Part shown: positions 26,079 to 38,872 of the stretch, piece after piece
How positions within the stretch are numbered: the stretch's first letter is position 1
Layout: every line of letters starts with the position of its first letter
Assembly: GCA_051362555.1 (NCBI GenBank)
Contig: CM120645.1
Coordinates: forward strand, 13,454,001 to 13,518,000
DNA: 64,000 bases
Direction of reading: 5' to 3'
DNA from: Lingula anatina
Taxonomy: Eukaryota > Animalia > Brachiopoda
Notes under the pieces: model-generated
What the model saw: only the letters and a program-made list of their open reading frames with translations
The model's database searches: none
What the model was told of the DNA's origin: nothing
Made by a program: the position numbers and the translations under genes

Positions 26079-28016
26079 ATGTCGTTGTTACGTTTTCCCA
26101 AACAACTAACCCAAGGTTCGTTTTTGCGCCATTTTTCGAAGCAGACGGTTTCCATTCAGAAGGTGAGCATACATGTATATACACCAGACAACGAAAGCTT
26201 TAAAGTGTATCTTGAAAAAGAAATAACGAATACGAATAAAGTAAGATTATTTAGTGAAGGACAATTGCTCATCCTGAAAACGGGGGCAGAAGGGGGCTGA
26301 AGCCTCTCCGCTTTTCTTTGGGAGTACACGTCTTCCTGCCAAAAACAGTGTAGCAAATCAAAACAAAAAGAAGCAATTTTCTATTTCTGTATTTCTATAT
26401 TTGTCGTTGCCGTTGATAAGGATATATGGTATACTTGGAACGTACGCTAAGAGACCATTCCCAGAGACTGTCGTACTAACTTCTGATCGATCTTGTTCCA
26501 TGTATGGTCAGGTTTACACTGTTAGATTTTGTTTTGTGTCGTTCTTTTTTTTTGTATTTCTCAATAAATGGCGTAAAGAATGTGAGTTGATATGAATCTT
26601 GTTCAAGATAACCTAAAGGTACATCACACGCATTTTAGAGCCCTCATGACTACCCTATGGTGAAAGGTTCGGAAATATGGAAAAGAAAATGCAGGACTTT
26701 CTTCAGGGCCAATGATGTAGACGGTGACGGATACCTGACAAGGAGAGATTATGAATTGAGCGCCCATCGCGTTACAGCTTACATGTGTCTTGACGGTAGC
26801 ACAGCAAAACATTCTATTTTATATAAGTTTTTGTTTAATATAGAGCGCATTCTCAACGAATTAAGCCAGGCTTTACAAAGCCGGTGACCTAAAAATGGTG
26901 GACGTACATGAAAGAAAAACCGCCTAATCTTTTAATAGTCTCTCCGCCTCCCCACACGTCGTCCCTGCGGGGTACAGTAATTAAATCGCGTCTCCGTTCG
27001 CCATGCGGAAGCTACCTGAGAAATATTAAGTGCGCATGCTCATCAGTTAAACTCGTGGTGAAGAAAGCATGGCGGCTGAAGGCGATCGAAGGAAAAAAAG
27101 CTCTTCAGTTCTATTATCTTTGAAAACAGAGACGAAAAAGGAATAATTTGGCCCGTAGAGCAGCAATGAATCGACTATCTACGGAGATAATATCACAAGA
27201 GATATTCGGAGCCGAGATTTAATTACTGTACCCCGCAGGGACGACGTGTGGGGAGGCGTGTGAGAGGCGGAGAGACTATTAAAAGATTAGGCGGTTTTTC
27301 TTTCATGTACGTCCGCCATTTTTAGGTCACCGGCTTTGTAAAGCCTGGCTTAATTCGTTGAGAATGCGCTCATAGAGCTGTTATTTGTGCTCACATTAGT
27401 CAATCGACTTAGTGTAAACTTGCTGCAATATCAAAATGATGAATTATGACCACAACAAAATGTTACATGATTGTAGCTTAAAGTGACAAAAAAGTTTACA
27501 TTATTGAATACTTACCAATTGTAACTATCAATGATATATATATAAGGTCATTGAATGTGATGTAATCACGTCATGAGTTGAATCAAGCTGTGTTGTTTTA
27601 TTGTTTCAGAAAACGAAGCAAAAAAGGTATTGAAAAACCGTTTAGACATCTGGGAAGGAGTGTCGAGAGGAATAGGCAAACCGGATGGCTCCAGAGTTTC
27701 AGAAGATGAGCATATTTCCAACTTCCTTCAAACCGTTAATACCAGTTACCGTGCTTCGGTTGTAAGCTTTGCCTCCAGAGACTTCGACACCATAGATCTT
27801 GACGGAGACGGTTTCATCTCCCCAAAGGAGCACGAGGCGTTTTTCTACAGTTGGGGAATTCCCACAGTGCACTCGGCAGATGCTTTTAAAACACTTGATA
27901 AAAACGGCGATGGCTTGATAAGCAAAGAGGAGTTCATTCGAGGAGCGTTGGATTACTCATTTACCGAAGATGAAAACAACCCCTACAATAATTTTTTTGG
28001 ACCAATTGCAAATTAA
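26079..28016 (+). CDS. SCP-like EF-hand protein copy 4 (215 aa); exons 26079-26162, 26639-26795, 27610-28016
   Basis: Close paralog of copy 3. Exon 1 MSLLRFPKQLTQGSFLRHFSKQTVSIQK|GTGAGC, with identical exon sizes and intact frames. Confidence 0.9.
26843..27371. mobile_element. Foldback MITE (same family as 6425-7000, ATA TSD) in intron 2 of SCP copy 4
   Basis: GAGCGCATTCTC...GAGAATGCGCTC arms; absent at the homologous site of copy 3 (about 10735). Confidence 0.88.
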
Positions 28017-31000
28017 TTGTTTTGATAAATTGAATTTATTCCAAAATGCAATGGATTGCAAATAACGCCCAAACATTTACCGTAAGCCTATCTACATATT
28101 ACAAGATGTGTGGGAAAACATTTCGACTCAATGCCCTCACTTGTATGTAGAAAAAAATTATATCTATGGCAAGAAGGATGCCCCACATCTCAACCAAAAT
28201 AGAACTCGACATTATAAGCAGTATGTTTAAAAGGATTAAACAGTGACTTCATTCATGTAATAACAGCACCCGTAACTGTACATACAGCATATGAATCTTA
28301 TGTTGACTTCAGTAAGGTATTTGGCAGTTTTTAGATAATTACGCATTTTCAAACTTCTAGAACAAAACAAATGGATGTATGTATTTATGCAAACATACGG
28401 TTGATGTATCAACAAGGTACAGTTCATGGTGCATGAAAACTAGCACAAGTCTAATTCATTCCGTTCTAAACGGGACTAATGAACTAATGAAATGTGCAGT
28501 TATTTTCTTATACTTAGCAAAATTTCACTGCCTGGCATTGTCACTGCAGATTGTCTGATGCTACTGTTATGAAGTGCTTCCAGCCTACGATTTAACAATA
28601 TCGAAAATATAGATAAAGGCCATCGATAGGTATCAATAAACCTGTCTAAATTGATTAGTTACTACATGTATCAGTAGAAAGAGGAAATTTTTACATAAAT
28701 AGAAAACCAAAAAAAAAAAAAAAAAAAAAAAACAATGTATGCCATGAATCGATAGGAGACCTGTGTATATCCGATGATCATGTGGAAAATGTCACAGCGG
28801 TATTTATAGGTATGATGTAACTCAAACAAACAGAAACCGCCGGTAACTCTAAATTTGTACATATAAAGGTACTGTGGTACTGAGTATGCAGATGGTGCAT
28901 TAGGGGCCTTTTTCCACAACGTGTCCAAATTCCATCAACCCTTGTCATAATTTGGCTTAAACCGTTACACAAAGAAACGAAAAAAAAAAAAAAAACCAAA
29001 AAAACAACCATTTATGAGAAATAAAGCACTGTGGTGAGCTGGAAGTATGCTAACTGCGTGCACTATGAAGTATGACTTGCATATGCAGAAAGAAACCGTG
29101 TTGCAACCGCTGCTATGAGTAAAAATAAGTGTTATACGCTATATTTGTTCTGCAAATGTCCTCTGTTTTAAAGATAAATAGCAACGTGTTAATTTGAACT
29201 CTGTGCTAGATCTGAAGAGTTAAATTGTATATTAATTTCAGCAACACGTTAATGCTGTAGATATTTATGATATAAACACCATATCATTATTTCAATATGA
29301 TAATTAATGTGAATTTTAGGCCCTGGTATAAGGTATGTATATAAAACTATCAGTAAGATAGAAAGATATAGAAAAAAGGTTATGTGTGTGGAAATCTGCT
29401 AACTCGTGCACCCAGATCAATTAAATTGTTTTGATAATGCATCGTATTGAATTTATACGTTGTAACACAGGCATAGAATAAATAATGTCAACCCATGGTT
29501 TGAGTTGTGCACTGATGATTTGTATGAAAATACGTATAGTTACCGGTTATTCTGACTTCAATAGATTTAAAAGTTGATATACTTAAACAAACATGTCCCT
29601 ACACCATTCATACATTGGTCTTGCAGAAACGAAAAAATACTTTGACACAAGGTTGCTTCAGTTGTTATCGGAATACATCAAATACCAAATACCGAGCCAG
29701 CCAGATAACGTTCTATACACAATACAGGTAGCTCTCCTGACATTGGGTCAGCCCGTCTGCAACGAAATAATGTTACCATATGATACAGAAGAGACGGTCT
29801 ATAGAAACTCTGTGAAGCGATATTATGTATCATCAGACGTGCATATAACATTACCTGTCAACACCTTTATTAATGGCAGCACGTCTTCTTTCATATACAG
29901 CCTATGTTGCCTCATGCCCAGCGAACCGATTCCTCGTGACCCCATTCACCTTGACACCAAAACTCTGCGGAAAGCCCTTGTATAAGCCAGGAAACGCTGC
30001 GCCGTTTCGGTCAATATGTAAAAATTTCCGTTAAAATAATTGTCGATTTTTATCTTTTTACCCAATTATTCAGTGAAGTCAGGAAACTGCTTTAAGCCTT
30101 AATTAAGAAGCCGTATCTTGTATTTATGAAGAACGAGAATTTGTATATGTCGGGGAATTTACAAGCATAGCTAGACTGAGAGAATAACGATCATGATAGA
30201 CAAATTACCAGCTGTCGAATCGCATGTGAAGAGCAATAGTTTTGTTTTAGAGGGGATGAATGTACTAGCTGTCAACTTAGGACCCAATGTAAAATTGCAG
30301 CATAATGAAAAACCATTTAACCATATCAAAAAGGTGAATGGAAATAAATGTGATCATTCGGACAAGTTTTTCAACAAAACAGAATCAAGATAAATAAAAC
30401 CGACGGTAAAAACAGACTGTAACCTCTGTGTGTCTGCAAATGTTATTAAATAATGGGTATATAGTAAGTTTTTTTTTACGCTTTTTTTATGTGCAGTTAT
30501 TTAAACGTGCAATTGAGCCGATGTCAAACAACACTTAGTTTGGGATAATGGCATAAAAATATCCAACCCCTACAGAAAAATGCAAACTGCATTTGTAATC
30601 TGACAAACGGAGACAGGCACTTTCATGACTGAACAAAGCGCCTATAATCCCGTTCATCTTTTTGGCCTATAACAATAATTTTGACGTGAATTGATGCTAC
30701 ACATATTCAGGTTGTATATATAATACCTTCGAACAAATTTTGAGTGGTGATGCAATGCTTTTCAACCCCGCTGAGAATCGTCACTATCACATCGCGTACA
30801 AGGCAAGAGCGGTGTCGCGTCTGATACTGTGAAATGCGTACTGATACACACCTTGAAAACGGGTAGTGTGGTCCAATTTACCGGTGAATTCAGGATCATT
30901 CGGTGCCGAGTCTGGTAGTTGGGTAGGCCTGACCCACCTCCAAGAGAAATACCTTGTAGGTATGCGCAGAATAACATGAAAACACGTCTTCATGCCATTT

Positions 31001-31343
31001 AAAACGACGTGTTATCAAAGACCTTACGTAACCAATGGTCGTGTTGGTTTTAGTAACTGCATCCAGTCTTTCATCTAGAATCATAAAAAGAAAGCATTAC
31101 CGGTCAGAAAGTTTTCATTTATGATATATCCTGAAATTTGATTTACCTGGTGACTGTTTCGTCTGTTCACTCTGACAGGCTTGGTCACAACTGAATTACC
31201 TGTTCAGGTGAAGATGAACAGGTAATTACCTCGGTCTTGATGATGACTTGTTAGTCCCTCTCGCCCCCCCCCCCCCCCCCCCCCGGGGTGGGTTTGAGAA
31301 TGTCGTCATACACAAGCACACAAGCTGTCCCATGTGTATGACG

Positions 31344-33285
31344 ACATTGGATTGTGCCTTTTACAGACTAGAGGACAATTACTTGTGACAACCACTTGGT
31401 CATTCACTTGGGTTTTTAGAGTCAGTCAATGGGCCCCAGGAGGTTTTTCTAGAGCTGCTGGTGATTTTATCAGCGATTAGACCAACATTTTCTCTAACGG
31501 GCTGCAATTACAGTTTACTCTGGTATTGTCTTCTTATCAAATATATCTCCAGAACCTCCCCCTGACAGCGCCTGAATGGGACTTACCTGGATTTCCCCCT
31601 ATCAGAAGACCGTTACAGGTGATTTAGCTCGCAGAAATAGATCGTATCTGTTACTTTAACGATAAGATCAGTGTTTCGATCAGTTCCTCAACCAAGGACT
31701 CTAATCATATCTGTCTGTCATCAGAACTAGCAGGGCCAAGCTGACAGTGACAGGCAGGTGCTCTAGGCTGATTTCTTAATTGACAAATGCAAGTGGTACA
31801 TGATCATTGCAATTCTGAAAATGGTGAAAGGATGTTGTGTGACTGGCAGTACAGCTAACAGTTATAAAAACCCACAGACAAAATTTTGTCAGCTGCCAAC
31901 ATTACCAGCACGACGACTTGAATGGCTAAGAGCAATCAATCGTGCTCATGTTAATCCAGATGGGAGTTTGGCATAAATAAGATGTGGAACCCTACCTCAG
32001 TATTTGTTTATGTGAGCTCAGCCCATATTGTCACAGGTACAGTAATAAATGTGTTCAATATTTTAATTTTAATATTTTAATTTTTTTTTATTTATTGTTT
32101 CCGTTAAACATAAGACTGCTATTGAATAATGTATATATTCTAATGGTTTTTAATTTAAAAATATGTATTTAAAATGACTTAGTCTTCCTACAGGGGCCAG
32201 CGTTAACGATCCAGGGCATCCAGTTTATTGTCCGTCAATTTTTCCACATAAGAAAACTACTCAGAAGGTGCAACGCTTTGAACGTGCAGCCAAAAGATGT
32301 TTTACAGAAGGTATACAATCAATGTTCCGTATTGCAAGTTTGGAGGACCTGTCCCGTATTGCAAGTTTGGAGAAGTTACTTACTTTGACACCACTCAGTA
32401 CATATTCTGTTGAAGGCAATGATGAGGCGTGTAAAATGATGACTGGTCTTTCATGGGGTGTATTCATGTGCCTTACTACTGCAATGAGAGCCTTGTTCCC
32501 ATCAGTGGAATAAGGTACCGGGTACTTTACCCTTGAAGGAGCAACTGTTTGTGACACGTACTTTTGAAATTAAGACACAATCTCACGTTTGAATTTTTAA
32601 CACATATTAAAGGGAATTTTCAAAACAACTATGATTGACATTTTTTGGAAATGGATTGACATGCTCTATTCCAAACTAAGCTTCACAATTGTACCGACAG
32701 ACAGAGAACATATATTTAGAACATTACCAGAAGTATTCAAAGATAAATTCCCCCGGTTAACGTCAATTGTGGATTGTTGTAAAATATTCATAGAGTCACT
32801 ACAAAATCTCTTAGCCCGTGCACAGACTTATAGCAGCTACAAAAAACACACAACGATTCATTTTTTTATTTCCTGTAACCCGAATGGCCACATCAAATTT
32901 TTTGTCTAATTTGGGGTGGTAGAGCATCTGATGTGATGATAGTGAGAGAGGTTTCCTCCTTCATGACGAGTTAGCAACACGATGCAGTGCCCAGCTCCTC
33001 ACACCAGCTTTCACAAAAGGCCATAGAAAAATGCCAGGCATTGACCTTCAGGGATCAAGTAAGGTGTCCTCAGTTAGGATCCATATTGAAAGACTGATAC
33101 ATGTTGTCCTAAAATAGGTACACTCTTTTGAAAGGCACCTTACTCCTGAGATGTGTCAAAAGTATTAAAGATGAAAGTATGGATGTTGCAGTATCAAGTG
33201 GTGATAAAATAGAGTGTGTGCAGCTTTAGTAAACCTGGGTCCATCCATAGTGTTTAAGTAGTCATGTAACTGTAGGAAAGTGTTA
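31344..33285 (+). mobile_element. Decayed THAP + DDE_Tnp_4 transposon, copy 2
   Basis: Colinear and highly similar to 19084-21440, with different internal deletions. Confidence 0.8.
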
Positions 33286-33451
33286 GTATGTCTTTTTTGG
33301 ACCTGAAAATAAATATATAAATAAAATAACGCGCATGCTCTTGTGGGCCTTAGTGGAATATATCTGGCGTATGTATATGTGCACCGTCAACTTTTTTTGA
33401 GGGATAAAGACACACAGGCACGTCAGCTCTGTACGGTTATTAGACTCCATA

Positions 33452-33688
33452 AGCCTAGGTCCCAACCGAACGTACGGGCTGCTACGTGTGGTCTACGGCT
33501 AAAAAATGGGGAAAACGTGGGAGTTCGTGCGTGAGGAGCACGTCCATCGTGCGACTTTTGGAGGACGCAAACAGCACGTAGAAACTTTTCGACATGAACA
33601 ACAGCCGCTACGTGCGATCTAGCTACGTCCTTGCAGGACGCAAGGAACCTAAAAACCGTGCGTCCAAAATGTAGTTGGGACCTAGACT
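33452..33688. mobile_element. MITE with about 15-bp TIR AG(C/T)CTAGGTCCCAAC and ATA TSD (Harbinger/Tourist-like)
   Basis: TIRs and 3-bp flanking duplication are seen directly. Confidence 0.65.
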
Positions 33689-35315
33689 ATAACGACAATG
33701 TTTCCCTGCAGTTTTCAAAAGTTAATGTACTGTGCAGTCCATTGACCTGTGACAACAGGTATCTGTTATTGCACGTGGTCTTTTATCAATGTCATGGAAA
33801 GAACATTTGACCTTAAATTAAGGGCATACTCTCATGCATAAGACTCGAAGAGTAATAGGGGCCTACATCTAAATTGCAAGACCCTAGTAGATGACGTGGC
33901 ATTCATGGTGGAAATGTTTCTTCACAGACTATTTTTAACACGTAGCGTGTCTGCTTAGTGGCTGATCTCTCCGGTATTAGGTATCTATCCCTCATTATAT
34001 TTTTTTCTTAAAAAGTCACTACAGTGGTTTGCCAAACTGGGCGAGTTCACGCGTGATAACAATAGGAAGGTCAAGAGAAGACCTTGTTGTTTTTGTGGAG
34101 AACTACACTGTACAATGTCGTGCTGCCAAAACAACTAGCTTAAATTAAACGTGTTTATTTACGTTTGCATTTATACATTTCCTGGGTGGGTACACTCCCA
34201 CTATAACACAAGAATGTACTTGATAATGTCAAACTACGTTTGTAATCGCGTATTGATACTAGTAGTTTGGTTAAAATAACTTAACATGTTGATAATTTTA
34301 AACGAACATTCCCAGAGACAATTCAGCGAACCAGCAATTAAAAATACTTCAGCACAAGGTTACTTCTGTGGTTTGTGCGTATAAACGAATACCTCAGATG
34401 CATGTCGTTTCACTATACATAATAACTCTCCTAACACTGACTCAGCCCGTATGCAGCGAAACAAGAGTTCCAGTTGATTCAACGGAGACCGTTTATAGAA
34501 ATCCTGTGTACCATCAGATGTATAACATTACCTGTCAACGTGATAAACTGTCCTCTTTATATTGCAACACATCTTTTTATGTGCAGTATAATTTACTTGA
34601 TGTATGCAAACCGACTCCTCAAGAATTGAGATTTTGGTGGCCATATCTTGTATTCATGACAATATAAGCCCTTGTATATGCTGGAAATTAATTTACTTTT
34701 TCGACTGAATATGTATCGAAAATAGTCAAAATACTAGCCATCGACTTGTATGTGAAGCGCAATAGTTCTTTTGCAAATGGAACTTAAGTACTAGTTAGTG
34801 TAAGGGAGCATTCCCATAAAACTATCGAACTAGCTGGATCGATCTAACTCTGAGGGGATTCTCGTTAAACTGCATTTCCTGTAAGCGGCTTTAATATCTG
34901 TCACGCCTACTCAGGCTGCGAGGGGGGTTATTAACAAACGCAGTCTAAACCCCAATATAAGGCCACAACTCCTAAATCTTACTTTGTTTTATCTTACTAA
35001 AAAAAAAAACCAAATGATGTGCATTTTTCTTTCCTAATCTTTTCTTATATTCATGAAGCACAGGGAGAAAACACGTTTGGTGTGTTAGGAAAATGTTTAT
35101 TTTTTCTTATTATAATCACACAAGATGCAATGGAAAATCTATGTAACCGCGTCATAAGCTGCTTTTATTGTATCAATGCGTCTAGTCACGTTCATTTCTG
35201 AATAAATGCAAGCCCAACTGTATACACACACATGCCTATATGACCACACAAAGTATATATAAAACCCAAATCTCATCTGAAGCGTTAATATATACATGCA
35301 TCCTGCTTCGTCATT

Positions 35316-36505
35316 TTAATCAAAAGGACCAAAGAAATCATTGTATCGGCTGTTTTCGTCTTCGCTGAACATGAAATCGGCGTGTGCTTCGATGAACTCC
35401 TCTCTGTTAATGAAGCCATCGCCGTCAGTGTCCATGACCTTGAAGACATCCTCCGAGTGTTCTGTCGGGATTCCCCATCCATAGAAAAAAGCCTTGTGCT
35501 CTTTTGGGGAGATGACACCGTCGCCATCAACATCAATGGAATCGAATTCACAATTAAATATACCCATAGCGGCTTCACGGAAAGTCGTGTTTAGCCCAGC
35601 AATCAATTTAGAGAGAAATTCTTCTTCCGACATCTTGAAATTATCTGGGTCGGGTGCACCACTTGCAAGTACTTCCCAAATGGCAACTCGTGTCTTTAAT
35701 AGTTCCTTTGCCTGTTTTTCTAAAACAACAAATTGTAATTACTTTAAACTCAGCGAGCAATGGAAATTAATACATAAATTTTTCGAAATAAAAATATTTT
35801 CTATCTGAAACTTTAAATATATATATGTTGGGATTGATTCTTTAATAACTTTTATTTTTATATTAATGTACAATTTTATAGCATTATTTTCTCAGAGGCA
35901 AATAATCTACCAAAGTTAACGGTAACAAATGACCGAATTTCGTATATGTTTTTTACCATTAAGATTCATATAGGAAGCCGCACGATGTGCGCTCATCTCA
36001 AAGTCTTTCTTGGTGTGATAACCGTCACCATCCAAATCTCTAACTCTAAAAAACTTTCGGAATTTTCTTTTCCAATGCTCCGACTCTGTCACCACTGGGT
36101 AGTCCTTGGGAGTCTGAAATACACCAATATGCCAGGATCTTATGAAATATTAAGCTTAGCTTTTGTGACCAGGGCAGATGTATGGAATCATCATCATTAA
36201 CTGCATAAATAATAAATAGTTTAACACTATTTGATATGATTCCCAAACTACAAAAGGCAAGTGATTTTCCAAAAAATACATTCATTTAATACAAGGCAAC
36301 GTGTTCACTTTTGGAGGTCGTTTTAGACGTCACGTCCAAACATTTCTCCGAGTATCCTGTAGTGTGGTTATCTTAACAAAAATTTAAAAACAGCTGTATT
36401 ATACCTGTACATATATGTGCTCACCTTTAAATTAATCGCTTTTTGCGTATAACATCGGTTCAGCACGCCGCGTAAAAAAGCACCAGAAAAGATTCGCCCA
36501 GCCAT
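35316..36505 (-). CDS. SCP-like EF-hand protein copy 5 (213 aa, inverted); exons 36505-36425, 36113-35957, 35719-35316
   Basis: Exon 1 MAGRIFSGAFLRGVLNRCYTQKAINLK|GTGAGC. Exon 2 TPKDYPVVTESEHWKRKFRKFFRVRDLDGDGYHTKKD... Exon 3 has loops DVDGDGVISPKE and DTDGDGFINREE. Confidence 0.9.
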
Positions 36506-36861
36506 TGCTTTTCCTGGCTCTCTCTATGTGCTCCAAGACAGAAAAGAGGGAGTGAAAAACGTCAGCAATGCATGTAAAGGATAAATGTATTCATGCTGAA
36601 TTAATTACGCTCCTCTTGTAAGGTCATGATCAGACCGTTCAAGGTCAAGTGGCGTCCTAGTCAGGACAGGTCAACTCAGGTCAGGTAGGGTACAGTATTG
36701 ACATGAAATGCCTATAGCTTGTTGTCGTACTAGTAGATATAATGGGATCGCCCTATAAGCTCCCTTACGCTTCTCACTGAAATTAACATATATTGTAACG
36801 TATAGCCGAAACCACAATCAACTAAGGATGCAAGTGGTGAATTCAGGGCTATAGTGAGAGC

Positions 36862-36904
<43 letters not shown>

Positions 36905-37716
36905 ACGATGGTAAGGACTTTATCTTACTGATTACGCGAGGTAAGAACTAAACAACTTTCAATGTTCCTTCATATTCTTTATTGCCATTTCCCAACTACC
37001 TTATCTACATTTTCTTCCTCTCACTTAAACCTCTTACATTGCTCTTTCTACAACGTCGTTCTCTCTCTTTTAAATTACATTCTATGCTTAAGTACGACAA
37101 GGTCATATGGCAATCAACTTAGTTCCTCTACAAAACACTCTCCGCTCCTTATTTACTCGTGGCTGTAAATTACTGACATTACACATAATGCAAGATAAAA
37201 TTTTTGTCTCGGTAATTTTGAAAGCGCTTTATTTATCCGTTGCATATTCACTTTAAGGACATTTTTCTTCAAATAAAGCTTCACACTATGGTAAACGATA
37301 GAAAAAGGTAAACTTGATGCTCTTCATTTGCCATATATAGGTAATTATTATATTTACAATGCATATTGCCCTCTATCAAATTGAGCCCAAATAGCGCGTT
37401 TTATAGTGTCATATTGTATGTCTATGCACAGGGCCGCCATTCTCGATTCAGGCTCAAATAATTCTCATTGTCTAACGGGTGCGTGGAAATGTGAGTGGTG
37501 GGTGGTCTAATCATCAACGGTCTAAATACCAAAATACTGCGCCGTTTTTTAATCTTACGATTTACATATTTTCTAATTTTAAAACATTCATCTACATGTA
37601 AGTTGCGAAGGCAGGGTTGTTGAAAACATTTGCAATCTAATTTCCATTTTTTTCCAATATATTCTGATAAAATTTGAATTGTCTGCCACTAAAAGAAACA
37701 CTGTCCTTGCTCTGGT

Positions 37717-38475
37717 CTAGCTACGACAACCCTCCGTCGCCCGTGGCGTTTGGATCGGGGTCTCCACCAATCTCTGTTAAAGCGAAAAAGAGGAAAACGT
37801 GACACGTATTTTTTCTAGATTATTACGTTAATGATTTGCGGTTTTTTGGTGGTAACATTTTAAACAACGGTTGTCTATGTTGACGTCTCACTACCATTAT
37901 CCTTATTCTAATACAGTGTTTATGAACGCTACTAAAAATACCAGGCTGTACGCCTCGTCAATTATTGGACAAAGATTGTCATGAAATGCCTGGAACGGCT
38001 TTTTATTTAGTCGGGTCTGCCGCAAAACTGATATAGAGAGTTCTGGAATGGTAATTGATTAGTTATGAAAAAACTAGTACATGTATAGGCCACACTTACC
38101 GTTGCGGTGCGGCTGCAGGCGACACTCCAAGTAAACAACGAAGACGCAATGGTGAGCAGCATCTCTAACGCAGCCAAGAACACCATAATGCAGCACATAG
38201 CTAATAAAACGATCCATTTCTGTAATAAAAAAGAAACTGTTCTTGTACAATCAGCAAATGCGTAAATATTAAAAAAAAAATGTTTGTTGAAAGAGAAATT
38301 ATTGTTGAACAACATGGATATTTGGTACATGATAATAATAATGTTTTGGGTTTAAAAACTAACTACGAGAACATTGACATATTAGTCTGTGTGGTTACGG
38401 AAATTGTACATGTACTCTACCAATATATGAATTGGGCTTTTTGTGACCCTTGCGCCAGTGTCAATAACAATACCA

Positions 38476-38533
<58 letters not shown>

Positions 38534-38538
38534 CACGT

Positions 38539-38582
<44 letters not shown>

Positions 38583-38803
38583 GGGAAAAGTGAGAAACTA
38601 AGATGAGCACACGTACTTGTACAGTAGGATTGGTATTAACATTACAGCTGACAGCTGTCAGATCAAGCACTGTGTGGTTACGGAAATTGTACATGTACTC
38701 TACCAATATATGAATTTGGATTTTTTGTGACCCTTGTGCCAATGTCAATAACAATACCAGTGTGTGTGAGAGAATGAGAGTAAGAGAAAGAAAGAGAGAG
38801 ACA

Positions 38804-38872
<69 letters not shown>

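Larger units (their letters stand above)
25086..30300 (+). repeat. Segmental duplication of about 8799-16440 (SCP copy 3 block)
   Basis: Colinear from CCATCATACGAAGGAAGGAATTCACCC to CCCAATGTAAA; differs by the EnSpm-like and MITE insertions. Confidence 0.9.

Noticed and set aside
89-36505. Ca2+-activated photoprotein (aequorin/obelin) cluster
   Set aside because: The EF I/III/IV fold is shared, but by eye the C-terminal HxxFW and LYG..VP coelenterazine-contacting residues are replaced (AVDFT, FLGPL). The sequences fit SCP better.
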